Shown piece by piece: positions 10,022 to 19,076 of a stretch of 64,000 bases of DNA (the stretch's first letter is position 1; each line of letters begins with the position of its first letter). Position numbers and translations under genes: made by a program. Under the pieces are notes generated by a model. That model saw nothing but the letters and a program-made list of their open reading frames with translations, did not search any database and was not told where the DNA came from. The DNA lies in the NCBI GenBank assembly GCA_038734945.1, contig JAVYOA010000003.1, positions 1 to 64,000 on the forward strand, read 5' to 3'. Source of the DNA: Fervidicoccaceae archaeon (lineage in GTDB: Archaea; Thermoproteota; Thermoprotei_A; Sulfolobales; Fervidicoccaceae).

Positions 10022-11704
10022 TTATTTTCTCTTCTGAATGTCCCCATTATTGGAGCTTCCTGTTCCGAAGAAGTCCAGGCTGAGTTTCTTTCGCTTCTTC
10101 ATCTGAGCTTCCTCTGCTGTTCCCGTGGTAACTATTTCGTAGAGCTTTGCAATTTTTCCAGGACTTGGCCTGAGAAGCCTACCGAGCCTCTGAACGAATT
10201 GCCTCCTGCTTCCAGTCCCAGCCACAATAATCCCAACGTTCACATCAGGAATGTCTAAGCCCTCATCACCAACGGTTGTGAGGACAAGCACACCCTTTTC
10301 TGATGCCTTGAACTCCTCCAGGATTTTTCTTCTTTGTTTGGGATCAGTCTCGCCAGTGAGAACACCTGCCCCAAGGAGCTTTCCTAGCTCCTCAGCCTGA
10401 TCAACGTATTGCGTGAAGACTAGAATCTTAGATCCTGCTTCCAGCTCCTTCTTAACTAAGTTCATAACAGTCTTTTCCTTTTCCTTTGCCTTTTGATAGA
10501 TTTGTAGCATCTCATTATGAATTTTCAGAGCTCTAGCCATCAGAGGATTGCCCTTCTGAGCCCTCGCCAGAACTTCCTTGAATGGAATTCCCTTTGTTAT
10601 ATTCTTATATGACTCCTTGAGCCTCTCATATCTTGCTCTTTCCTCATCAGTCAATCTCACTTTGATAATGAAGGTCTCGTATGGAGCTAAATACCCTTTG
10701 TCTACCATTTCCTGGGGGGTTTTGTAATAAACGATCCCTCCCATAAGTGGGAAGAGATCGACGTGCCTACCATCCTCTCTTATGACTGTTGCACTCAAAC
10801 CCATTCTCACAGGGGAATACATTCCCAGAGCTATTTCTCTGAACTTATCTGCCGGAAGATGGTGAACTTCATCTACTATGAGAAAGCTGTAGCGGAAGGA
10901 TAGTTGATCTATATATCTGAAGGCTGTCTGATATGTGGATACCGTTATGGGAGCTAGCCTTTTTTCTTCGCTATAGAATGGAGCTATCATGCTGCTGGGT
11001 ATATTCGTATACTTCATAATCATTTCGATCCATTGATTCAACTGCTCTTTAGTATAAGTTATTATGAGGGTCCTCTCTCTGGCTTTCGCTATAGCCGCTA
11101 TCCCTATGATAGTCTTGCCTGAACCTGTCGGCAATGCAACGATTCCCCTTTTTCCATTTTCCAACCACTTTGAAATTGCTTCAATTTGATAGTCTCTCAG
11201 CTCAGCTCTAAGCTCTACTTCAAAATTGAGTGGGATGCTTTTCATTATACTCGTTCTATCGTCTATCTTTACTCCCTTGGAATTCAGCGTCTCCAGCAGC
11301 TCGAAATATTTTCCAGGAGGAATGATGTATGCCTTAAGATCCCTATCATATGTGATGAACCCTGAGAGGTTACCCAGAATCCCCTTGAGAAAGAAGTTCG
11401 ATCTCAGTAGAATACGATTCCCACTTAGAAGAAGGTATGCGCTCATTACCTGCTGTTCTTTCGATTCAGCATCCGTTGCGTTTGAGAGTATCTTCCCACT
11501 CTTCTCGAGCTCTTCTAGTCTGTTCTTCACATAGTCCTCGCTTAACCCATTTTTCCTTGCTTTCTCCATATTTACAAAGAAAATTTTCGAGCCATCTGAA
11601 CTTGTTCCTCCATAATCACTGAACTTGAGAAGTTCTCTGAATACCTCTTCGCTCAGCCAACCTTTTATGAGGATCCTTCGCCGAGCATCAGTCAGCCCAG
11701 CCAT
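10022..11704 (-). CDS. xpb: XPB/Rad25-like superfamily 2 DNA helicase
   Basis: LRDYQ, LPTGSGKT, DEVHH, GLSAT, EGLDIPD, QRLGRLLRP. Start ATG 11704 behind a GGAGGTG RBS. Confidence 0.9.
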   Translation of the reverse strand: MAGLTDARRRILIKGWLSEEVFRELLKFSDYGGTSSDGSKIFFVNMEKARKNGLSEDYVKNRLEELEKSGKILSNATDAESKEQQVMSAYLLLSGNRILLRSNFFLKGILGNLSGFITYDRDLKAYIIPPGKYFELLETLNSKGVKIDDRTSIMKSIPLNFEVELRAELRDYQIEAISKWLENGKRGIVALPTGSGKTIIGIAAIAKARERTLIITYTKEQLNQWIEMIMKYTNIPSSMIAPFYSEEKRLAPITVSTYQTAFRYIDQLSFRYSFLIVDEVHHLPADKFREIALGMYSPVRMGLSATVIREDGRHVDLFPLMGGIVYYKTPQEMVDKGYLAPYETFIIKVRLTDEERARYERLKESYKNITKGIPFKEVLARAQKGNPLMARALKIHNEMLQIYQKAKEKEKTVMNLVKKELEAGSKILVFTQYVDQAEELGKLLGAGVLTGETDPKQRRKILEEFKASEKGVLVLTTVGDEGLDIPDVNVGIIVAGTGSRRQFVQRLGRLLRPSPGKIAKLYEIVTTGTAEEAQMKKRKKLSLDFFGTGSSNNGDIQKRK

Positions 11705-12140
11705 AATAGCAAAGCACCTCCGGATCTTCAATAGCACTGAGGATCTTAATGGCATCTTCAACAGAGAGGTTTGGGGAAGTGCACTCTACAAGCACTATAT
11801 CCTTCTGTCTGAGGATCCTGCTCTCTCTGCATGCTCCCAGCGCCTCTGTAAGCAATGTCCAATCCTCATCTGCTCTGAATATGTGAAGTTCCTTCCATTC
11901 CTCGGGGATGGAGTCCAGCAATGATGGATCGTACCTTGTAACTACCTTCACTCCTCTTCCAGTTTTCCTATCTATTATTAAGATGATTTCATTCCCTTCT
12001 ATCTCGCAGTCAGTAATTGATTCGAGGACTTCATCTAACCATGGCTTTCCTTCCTGAGTTTCTCTAAGTATATAGTAGAGGCCCTCATTGCGTGGGTTAC
12101 TCTTCATCTTTTTATCATCTGCATTTAGGATCCTCTTCAT
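11688..12140 (-). CDS. Hypothetical protein overlapping the xpb start
   Basis: 150-aa acidic ORF; its 3' end overlaps the xpb RBS and start. Confidence 0.7.
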   Translation of the reverse strand: MKRILNADDKKMKSNPRNEGLYYILRETQEGKPWLDEVLESITDCEIEGNEIILIIDRKTGRGVKVVTRYDPSLLDSIPEEWKELHIFRADEDWTLLTEALGACRESRILRQKDIVLVECTSPNLSVEDAIKILSAIEDPEVLCYYGWAD

Positions 12141-12257
12141 CGGAACCTAATACAATATTTTCAATAGGGCCCTTAATAATTGAATGCTTCTACAGACAAG
12201 GAAAAATAATAAGGTCTATCAGAAAAATTCATTTTCGATAGATGAGGAGGACTAGTC

Positions 12258-13106
12258 TTGGGGACAAACTATGCTGAAATGATGAGAAAGGAAGCTGAGA
12301 TGAAGATAAAGGCCCTCAGAAAAACTGCGGAAATCCCCATAAAGATTGTTGTTCTAAGTGGAAAGGGGGGTGTTGGAAAGAGCGTTACAACAGCAAATCT
12401 AGCTCTTGCTTTTTCAAGGATTGGATATAGAGGAAAAGTATCCATATTGGATGGTGATATACACGGTCCAAGCATCCCGATATATCTTGGCATGGATTCT
12501 CTCCAGTTAGGTGTCGATGGTGAGACAATTATTCCAGCTGAGGGACCTATGGGAGTTAAAGTTGTAAGTGCTAGCTATTTCCTATCAAAGCCGGATCTCC
12601 CAATTATATGGAGAGGCCCCCTCAAGATGAAGTTCATAAGGGATATGCTAGCCTCGGTTGCATGGGGTAATACGGAAATACTGCTCATAGATACTCCACC
12701 TGGAACTGGAGATGAAATTCAGAGCGTGACTGAATATGTCAGCAAAATGAGCGGGGCTGTAGTTGTAACGTCTCCCTCAGATGCCTCAATCAATGTTGTG
12801 AGGAGGGCAGTTACTTTTCTCAGGATAAAGAAGATACCACTTCTTGGGATAGTGGAGAATTTTAGCTATATAAAGTGTCCAAGTGGAGAGGAAAGAAGAA
12901 TAATGGGAGAGGGAGGGAAAAAAGTGGAAGAGCTGCTTGGAGGAAAAATAATAGCAGAAGTTCCCTATGACCCTCTTCTAGCATCCCCATTAACGGATAT
13001 AGGGAATCCATATGAGCTGGAAGACCTTGGTGGAAACAGAGCCGCAGAAGCGTTTCTCCTAGCAGCAGAAAGCATATTGAATCAAGTGAGAGGTGGTCAG
13101 AAATAA
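12258..13106 (+). CDS. Mrp/NBP35 family ATP-binding protein (Fe-S cluster carrier)
   Basis: SGKGGVGKS, DGDIHGPSIP, WRGP, DTPPGTGD, GIVENFS. Confidence 0.93.
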   Translation: MGTNYAEMMRKEAEMKIKALRKTAEIPIKIVVLSGKGGVGKSVTTANLALAFSRIGYRGKVSILDGDIHGPSIPIYLGMDSLQLGVDGETIIPAEGPMGVKVVSASYFLSKPDLPIIWRGPLKMKFIRDMLASVAWGNTEILLIDTPPGTGDEIQSVTEYVSKMSGAVVVTSPSDASINVVRRAVTFLRIKKIPLLGIVENFSYIKCPSGEERRIMGEGGKKVEELLGGKIIAEVPYDPLLASPLTDIGNPYELEDLGGNRAAEAFLLAAESILNQVRGGQK

Positions 13107-13252
13107 CGAAGTGGCAACTCAAATGCAACGAATGCGGTACAGAGTGGTATCTCGAAGTTAGCTTCAATTTGGAAGAAATGGGAAAGATATTTCACTACTG
13201 CAAGACATGCAGAAAGAATACATTTCATTCAGTCATTAGCAGAATAGAGTGA
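13103..13252 (+). CDS. Small zinc-ribbon protein (49 aa), probable ATA start
   Basis: Below the ORF-track cutoff: (M)TKWQLKCNECGTEWYLEVSFNLEEMGKIFHYCKTCRKNTFHSVISRIE*. Two CxxC pairs; GGTGG RBS at 13092-13096; fills the gap to top6A. Confidence 0.75.
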   Translation: MTKWQLKCNECGTEWYLEVSFNLEEMGKIFHYCKTCRKNTFHSVISRIE

Positions 13253-13257
13253 ACCAA

Positions 13258-14625
13258 TTAATCCAGCCAGTCACCAGTCTCTATTTTTCTTGGAAGATAT
13301 TCCTCAGCAAGAAACTTTAGCCCTTTGCTTGCCATTGCCTCGATCTCGAGCTTGCTATGAGTAAGGAAGAACAGCCCTATTTCCTTGATCCATTTGGGAT
13401 CTTGGAACCACTGATAGCCTGGTGATCTCTTTACACTTTTCTTTCCACTTCTTGATGTTTTCAGCTGCTCACCAGCGAATGCTCGGTATACCTTGTCTCC
13501 AACTAGCTCCACTGCTCTCTCTAGATCCTGCTCTTTAGCTCTAATTATGAAGTTCTTCCTCTCCTCTGCTGTCATAAATGGCTCCTTATTCAGCTTTCCC
13601 TTATATCCGAGCTCCTTCAAGGCTTTCAAAAACCTTTCCTTTTTCTCCTTCCTCATCTTCTCTGGGTTTCCCATTTTAGACTCCTCTGGGGTTAGATAGA
13701 TTTCGGCAAGTGGCACATCATCTCCGAAGACATCGCTCATTGTTACCCCAAGAAATCTGGCCTTTGGTGTAGCCAGTCTCTCACTTTCATAGCTTAGAGT
13801 TATTGAGCCTATTTTGAAGACGCTATATATGTAGAATCCATAAGGATCAGAGTCAGCCAGAATGTATACAGGAAGCTTCAGTTCCTCGTTTAGTCTCCTC
13901 ACAAACCTTCTGGTTGCTCTGTCAGGCTGCCCCGCGCTAGTAACTAGAATTACCTTGTTCTTTTTCCAGAAACCATATCTGTGAAGCTGCTGAAACACTG
14001 CATCCTTCTCCACTACCAGAACATATTCCGCATTTAAATCAACAAAATCAATTAGATCAGGTGTCGATTCTATGGCATATGCACCGTGCCCCATCTTGCT
14101 AAGATCGATTGTATCGTTACCGCTCCTGAGTCTCATGTCTCCTACAACTTTTCCCTTTTCCTTGCTCAGAATAAGCATCTCTTCTCTGAGCTTGTTAGTA
14201 AGCACCTCTACGTCTCTCAGAACTGCATCGCTTTCTTTTTGCTCTTCCCAAGTATTCTTGAACTTATCTCTAGGGGAAACGTATGGAAGGGTGTGTTTCC
14301 CCCTATAATAGAGATCTCTTATTGTGGGGTACTCGTTGTTCTTGAGAGATTCGTAGATTATCTTGGCCATCAGAACGGTCTGCATGAAAGTTCTGGCCTC
14401 TGACTCATCAAAAAGTCTTCTGACTAGCTTCTGGTTCCCGAGAAGCAAGAGTTTTCTTCTCGCATCATAAATTGTATTTGAGAGGGTTCTCTTCTTTATT
14501 ACAAGTGAGGGTTCCTCGCCTCTCTTGATTTGCTCAACGAGCTTTGCGAATATTTCCCTTATGACCTTCATTGATTCCTGTCTAGCCCTTAAGTCCGCCT
14601 TGTCTTGAAAGGCTTCATTGGTCAT
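13258..14625 (-). CDS. top6A: DNA topoisomerase VI subunit A
   Basis: TIRDLYY (catalytic Tyr), VEKDAVF, SAGQPDRATR, DSDPYG TOPRIM motifs, KLEIEA. Confidence 0.96.
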   Translation of the reverse strand: MTNEAFQDKADLRARQESMKVIREIFAKLVEQIKRGEEPSLVIKKRTLSNTIYDARRKLLLLGNQKLVRRLFDESEARTFMQTVLMAKIIYESLKNNEYPTIRDLYYRGKHTLPYVSPRDKFKNTWEEQKESDAVLRDVEVLTNKLREEMLILSKEKGKVVGDMRLRSGNDTIDLSKMGHGAYAIESTPDLIDFVDLNAEYVLVVEKDAVFQQLHRYGFWKKNKVILVTSAGQPDRATRRFVRRLNEELKLPVYILADSDPYGFYIYSVFKIGSITLSYESERLATPKARFLGVTMSDVFGDDVPLAEIYLTPEESKMGNPEKMRKEKKERFLKALKELGYKGKLNKEPFMTAEERKNFIIRAKEQDLERAVELVGDKVYRAFAGEQLKTSRSGKKSVKRSPGYQWFQDPKWIKEIGLFFLTHSKLEIEAMASKGLKFLAEEYLPRKIETGDWLD

Positions 14626-14643
14626 GCCACATCACCTCCATCT

Positions 14644-16380
14644 CTATTCTTCCTCATTCTCTCCACCATCTTCAGAGGGATCTGATACTTCAGCAGCAGA
14701 TTCCTTCTCGGCTGAAAGCTGAACTATGTGAGGTTCTGAATCGGTCTGCTCTATCTGAATCCTGATCTTCTTCTTTGCCATCTCTATGAGAGTGCTCTCG
14801 ATTTCCTTTGCTAGAGATGAATAGTTCTTCTCTTCATTGGAAGCGAGGTAGGCGAGGTTCTGAGCGATTTCCGGAATATACTTCATGAAAATTCTTAACT
14901 TCTCCTGCGCTTCCTGTCTCTTCCTCTTCTTCGTTAAATAGACCCTGAGCCTCCTCGCTACTTCCTGTACTGCTGCCTCAATTTCCTTTCGTAGCTCTTC
15001 AACCGGTGCTATGCTCTCTTTTCCCACTCCTTTGTATGGCACCTTAGTTGAAGCTATGTGGACCAGAACTGCCACAACGTCATTTTGCTCTAGCTTGTAT
15101 GTTGTTCTCCAGCTGAATTCGTCTGAGTTAACAATGCTCCATATGACATCGGCCTTTTCGTCGAATAGAAGTGGGATCTTATTGGAATACCTGAGAAGAG
15201 CTATATAGGGTCCCTGCTGTCCCTTCAGAGAATCTTTAGCTATCTCATCGAGATTCTCAACTAGCTTTCCTCCATAGGCAATTCCCGCCTCCACTATGAA
15301 AGGATGACCGCCATAGGACTTTGGCTTTCTTGTGACTGCATCGACGAACTCTGCCTGCAGCACTTCCTTCAATCCTATCTTTATGAGATCCTCTCCTATT
15401 GGTGAGAGAGATTCCGCTGATGGAGCGATGAACTTCGTTTCTCTGATGGCTTTATATAGGTTCTCCAGCTCAGCATCTGTCAGAGAAGAAGCTCTCTTGT
15501 TTGGAGGTATTCCGGCCTTTTCCAAGATTTCCTCTGCTTTCTTTTCTCCAACTCGCTGAAAGCTCTTCATAAGGAACTCCTTCATTGTTGCTGATGGTCT
15601 CTCTGAGATCATCATTTTCAGCATCTCCAAGTCAACTCCTATCGGATGGGGCTTGGTTTCTTTTGGTGGAGATGGGAGCTTGGTTGTAACCCTTCTGTAG
15701 ACATTTATCTCGAATTCCTTCTCATTTCCTTCTAGTTTTGGAGATATGAAGACTATGTCTGCGTAGGGAGCTATAATTGCAGTCCTCTTCAGGTAAACGG
15801 AAATATAGTCCCTCGTTCTCTTGCTCCATTCTCCCTCCAGAGTTAGACGAACAATTGTACCATGCCAATCGGAAGACTTGGGCCATTCACCTTCTTCTAG
15901 CACTAGTGGCTCATTCTTATCCATTCTTATCATTATCTTATAGTAATAGATCTTTTTGGAGTGGGCTGTACTGCTGTAAATTTCAAACGGTTTTCCCGTG
16001 TTCTGCTGCCCATACAATATTGCCATTTTTGCACCTAATCCATACATCCCTCTTGTCTGCCTGAGCTTATACTTCGATGAGAACAGAACTCTACCAAAGG
16101 CATCTGGTATAACTGTGCTTGGTATTCCTATACCGTTATCCTCTACGGTGATTGTATAATAGCTGGGGTTGTTTGGATCCTCCCTTGAGATCCTCAAAAC
16201 AATTCTTGGGAGAATTCCGTGAACTTCTGTTGCATCCAAGCTGTTCTCAAAGAACTCTCTGACTGCTTGGTACATTGCTCTCGAAGCACTGGTAAATCCT
16301 GCTATTTCCTTGTTCCTGTAAAAGAATTCAGCAGGGCTCATTTGTCTGAATGATTCAGCCGACATCTCGCCCATCGCCAT
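14644..16380 (-). CDS. top6B: DNA topoisomerase VI subunit B
   Basis: SPAEFFYRNKEIAGF, ENSLDA, DNGIGI, QTRGMYGLGAK GHKL motifs, H2TH domain, STKVPYKGVGKE. Confidence 0.97.
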   Translation of the reverse strand: MAMGEMSAESFRQMSPAEFFYRNKEIAGFTSASRAMYQAVREFFENSLDATEVHGILPRIVLRISREDPNNPSYYTITVEDNGIGIPSTVIPDAFGRVLFSSKYKLRQTRGMYGLGAKMAILYGQQNTGKPFEIYSSTAHSKKIYYYKIMIRMDKNEPLVLEEGEWPKSSDWHGTIVRLTLEGEWSKRTRDYISVYLKRTAIIAPYADIVFISPKLEGNEKEFEINVYRRVTTKLPSPPKETKPHPIGVDLEMLKMMISERPSATMKEFLMKSFQRVGEKKAEEILEKAGIPPNKRASSLTDAELENLYKAIRETKFIAPSAESLSPIGEDLIKIGLKEVLQAEFVDAVTRKPKSYGGHPFIVEAGIAYGGKLVENLDEIAKDSLKGQQGPYIALLRYSNKIPLLFDEKADVIWSIVNSDEFSWRTTYKLEQNDVVAVLVHIASTKVPYKGVGKESIAPVEELRKEIEAAVQEVARRLRVYLTKKRKRQEAQEKLRIFMKYIPEIAQNLAYLASNEEKNYSSLAKEIESTLIEMAKKKIRIQIEQTDSEPHIVQLSAEKESAAEVSDPSEDGGENEEE

Positions 16381-16454
16381 CGCTTCCAGCAATTAGAACT
16401 ACATTCTCAATTAATTCTCTCAAAGGTTATTATGAGACATTGAGGTTATAACCT

Positions 16455-17402
16455 CTAGTACAGCACTGAGACGATTATCGGCAATGTTATTGTAGCATCG
16501 CCATAAACAACTATGTGCTTTGCCTCCTTCTTCAGCTTTCCCCACGATATTGCCTCTCTTGTTTGTGCTCCGCTCAAGCTGCCATCATACTCAAAAGCAG
16601 TAGTGAGGTAAACAGCATAGTCTAGACCTCCCTTGAACTGATTCCACCAAATGACGTGGTGTTTGCTTATTCCTCCCCCGATAGATAAGGCAAGGCTTTT
16701 TTCATTAACAGATTCAAATACTAGATCCTCGATCAGTTTTTGATCGAGGGAGAAATCAAGCTCCACGTTGTTCAGCCTACCATATATTAGTGCGTTGGTT
16801 CCAAAGCTACCGTCATAAAATCCGGGAACAATTATCGGAACTTTTCTCTCATATGCAGCTCTAAGTATCGAATTGGGATCATCTATCCTCTTGCCAGCAG
16901 AATAAAGAAGCTCATTTGGAGATATTTTTTTCCCCTTGAACTCCTCCATAATTGTTTTTACGAATGATTCGATCACTGGTCCATAGCTCTCCATGGGAAT
17001 GAGAATGTTTCCTAGTCTATGAATTTCTAGGTCACGAAGCATTAAATCATCTAGTTCAAACCTTCCCCTGAAGTAACCAGGTCCAAGGGATTTAGCTATA
17101 TCATGATCTAGTGTTCCAGTCGTAGTTACTATTATATTGAAATGCCCGTCTCTGATCAGCTTCGCTATTAAACCTCTGAGACCAGTTGATACGATGTTTC
17201 CCGTAAAGGAAAGGAATCTCAATTTGCTCTCTCTTACCCCTTCTTTTAGTATCTCTGCTGCCTCTGATAGATGCCCAGCTGTGAAGCCATGAACCATTGA
17301 ATAGTATCTTAGGAGCTCCTTGCAGCTCCTTAGAACTTCGATGCTGGGGGGATCATCGATGATCTTTTCCCTGATCACGTCTTGTCTTCTCATTCTCTTC
17401 AT
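16455..17402 (-). CDS. dys: Deoxyhypusine synthase
   Basis: SFTGNIVSTGLRG, HRLGNI, GGGISKHH, DGSLSGAQTREAISWGK. Confidence 0.95.
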   Translation of the reverse strand: MKRMRRQDVIREKIIDDPPSIEVLRSCKELLRYYSMVHGFTAGHLSEAAEILKEGVRESKLRFLSFTGNIVSTGLRGLIAKLIRDGHFNIIVTTTGTLDHDIAKSLGPGYFRGRFELDDLMLRDLEIHRLGNILIPMESYGPVIESFVKTIMEEFKGKKISPNELLYSAGKRIDDPNSILRAAYERKVPIIVPGFYDGSFGTNALIYGRLNNVELDFSLDQKLIEDLVFESVNEKSLALSIGGGISKHHVIWWNQFKGGLDYAVYLTTAFEYDGSLSGAQTREAISWGKLKKEAKHIVVYGDATITLPIIVSVLY

Positions 17403-18847
17403 CCCTTCGTGACTCCAATTGGCTTAAGTCTTGCGACCAACTTCGCTATTCCAACTCTATCAGCCACTAGCGCAACCCTATCTACATCCTTGTAAGCAGA
17501 GGGTGCTTCCTCTACTAACACTCCCTTTGAGGCCGCTCTAACATATATTCCCTGCCTATTGAGCTCTCTAATGAGCTGGTCTGCTGTGTAGTTTTTAAGA
17601 GCCTTGGATCTGCTCATCCACCTGCCTGCTCCATGGGGAGCTGTGTACCACGTTCTTTCTCCTTTAGCAGATCCCACAAGAACATAGCTGGCTGTACCCA
17701 TTGAACCTGGGATTAACACTACCTGCCCCACGCTTCTATGATCGCTTGGAATCTCTGGATGTCCGGGAGGAAATGCCCTCGTAGCTCCTTTTCTGTGAAC
17801 TACAAGCCCTCTTCGCTTTCCATTCAAAGTATATTCCTCGTATTTTGCTATATTATGGGCTACATCGTAAACTATTTCCAATCCCAGCTTCTCATCATCT
17901 GTAGATAGGACTTTCTTGAAGGATTCCCTGACCCAATGTGTTATTAGCTGTCTGTTTGTCCATGCGTAGTTTGCTGCTGCTGCCATCGCCTTAAAATAGC
18001 TTTGTCCCTCTTCCGAGTTAAAAGGTATGCTTGCCAGCTCTCTGTCGGGAGGATTTATGCCGTATTTTCTCATTGCTCTCTCCATTATCTGGAGGTAGTC
18101 ACTAGCTACTTGGTGTCCAAGGCCTCTGCTCCCTGTATGTATCATGACTGTGACCTGACCCACGTTGGTAATTCCTATCTGCTTTGCTATCTGCTCATCG
18201 TATATTTTATCAACAACCTGGATTTCAAGGAAATGGTTTCCACTACCTAAGCTCCCTAGTTCTGGAGCTCCTCTGCTTTTAGCCCTTTGAGAGACCTTCT
18301 CGGAATCTGCCACTTTCCAGCTACCTCTCTCCTCAATATGTTCAGGATCTTCATTTCTTCCGTATCCCTTCTCTATTGCCCACTCCACGCCTCTATCAAG
18401 AACCTCATCAAGCTGCGCAGTTGAGACTTTGATTTTCCCCTCACTTCCAAGGCCGCTGGGGACATTTACTGAGAGCTCATCCACTAGGTCCTTTATTTTT
18501 CCTTCAATATCCTTTAGTTCGAGCTCGGTCCTCAACAGTCTTACTCCGCAGTTTATATCGTAGCCAACGCCTCCAGGGCTTATGACTCCCCCTTCCTCGA
18601 CGCTCATTCCAGCCACTCCTCCTATTGGGAATCCATATCCCTGGTGACCGTCTGGCATCACATAGCTTGCCCCCACAATTCCATTCAGACATGCCACATT
18701 TGCTGCCTGTTCGAGTGTCATATCCTCTCTCATCTTTGATAGGAGGAAGTCATCTGCAAATACTACTGCGGGAACCTTCATGCACGGCTTTTCTCCCTTC
18801 TCGATTATCCATTCATAGTCGTTCAATTTCCTGACGTTTACAGGCAC
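17399..18847 (-). CDS. rtcB: tRNA-splicing ligase RtcB
   Basis: PDGHQGYGFPIGG, GVGYDINCG, GSGNHFLE, HTGSRG, HNIAK, HRKGATR, PGSMG, HGAGR, EEAP.AYKD. Confidence 0.97.
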   Translation of the reverse strand: MPVNVRKLNDYEWIIEKGEKPCMKVPAVVFADDFLLSKMREDMTLEQAANVACLNGIVGASYVMPDGHQGYGFPIGGVAGMSVEEGGVISPGGVGYDINCGVRLLRTELELKDIEGKIKDLVDELSVNVPSGLGSEGKIKVSTAQLDEVLDRGVEWAIEKGYGRNEDPEHIEERGSWKVADSEKVSQRAKSRGAPELGSLGSGNHFLEIQVVDKIYDEQIAKQIGITNVGQVTVMIHTGSRGLGHQVASDYLQIMERAMRKYGINPPDRELASIPFNSEEGQSYFKAMAAAANYAWTNRQLITHWVRESFKKVLSTDDEKLGLEIVYDVAHNIAKYEEYTLNGKRRGLVVHRKGATRAFPPGHPEIPSDHRSVGQVVLIPGSMGTASYVLVGSAKGERTWYTAPHGAGRWMSRSKALKNYTADQLIRELNRQGIYVRAASKGVLVEEAPSAYKDVDRVALVADRVGIAKLVARLKPIGVTKG

Positions 18848-19007
18848 GTTTCACCACCCTGCTCTTCTGAAGCTCCTGAGATTTTTGTGAAAATTCAATT
18901 TGCGAAAACTGAGCAATAGCAATTCTATTATAAGAAAATACCATTATAAGCTTGTCCGATGCATTCCGAAGCAAACAGTTATTTTTTTCCTCTTCCACAT
19001 AGGAATT

Positions 19008-19076
19008 GGGCAATGATTTGAATGGCGCAATATATGCCTCTCTGAATTCATGATGAGGGGCCAAAGCTATGAGCCC
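19008..19076 (+). ncRNA. Box C/D guide sRNA predicted to direct 2'-O-methylation of U34 in tRNA-Gln(UUG)
   Basis: Terminal stem GGGC(19008-11)/GCCC(19073-76). Variant C box ATGATTT (19013-19) matched by variant D box ATGA (19069-72), a compensatory U-A pair. D' CTGA (19042-45), C' ATGATGA (19050-56). The 12-nt D guide GGGGCCAAAGCT is complementary to GCUUUGGCCCC. Confidence 0.8.
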
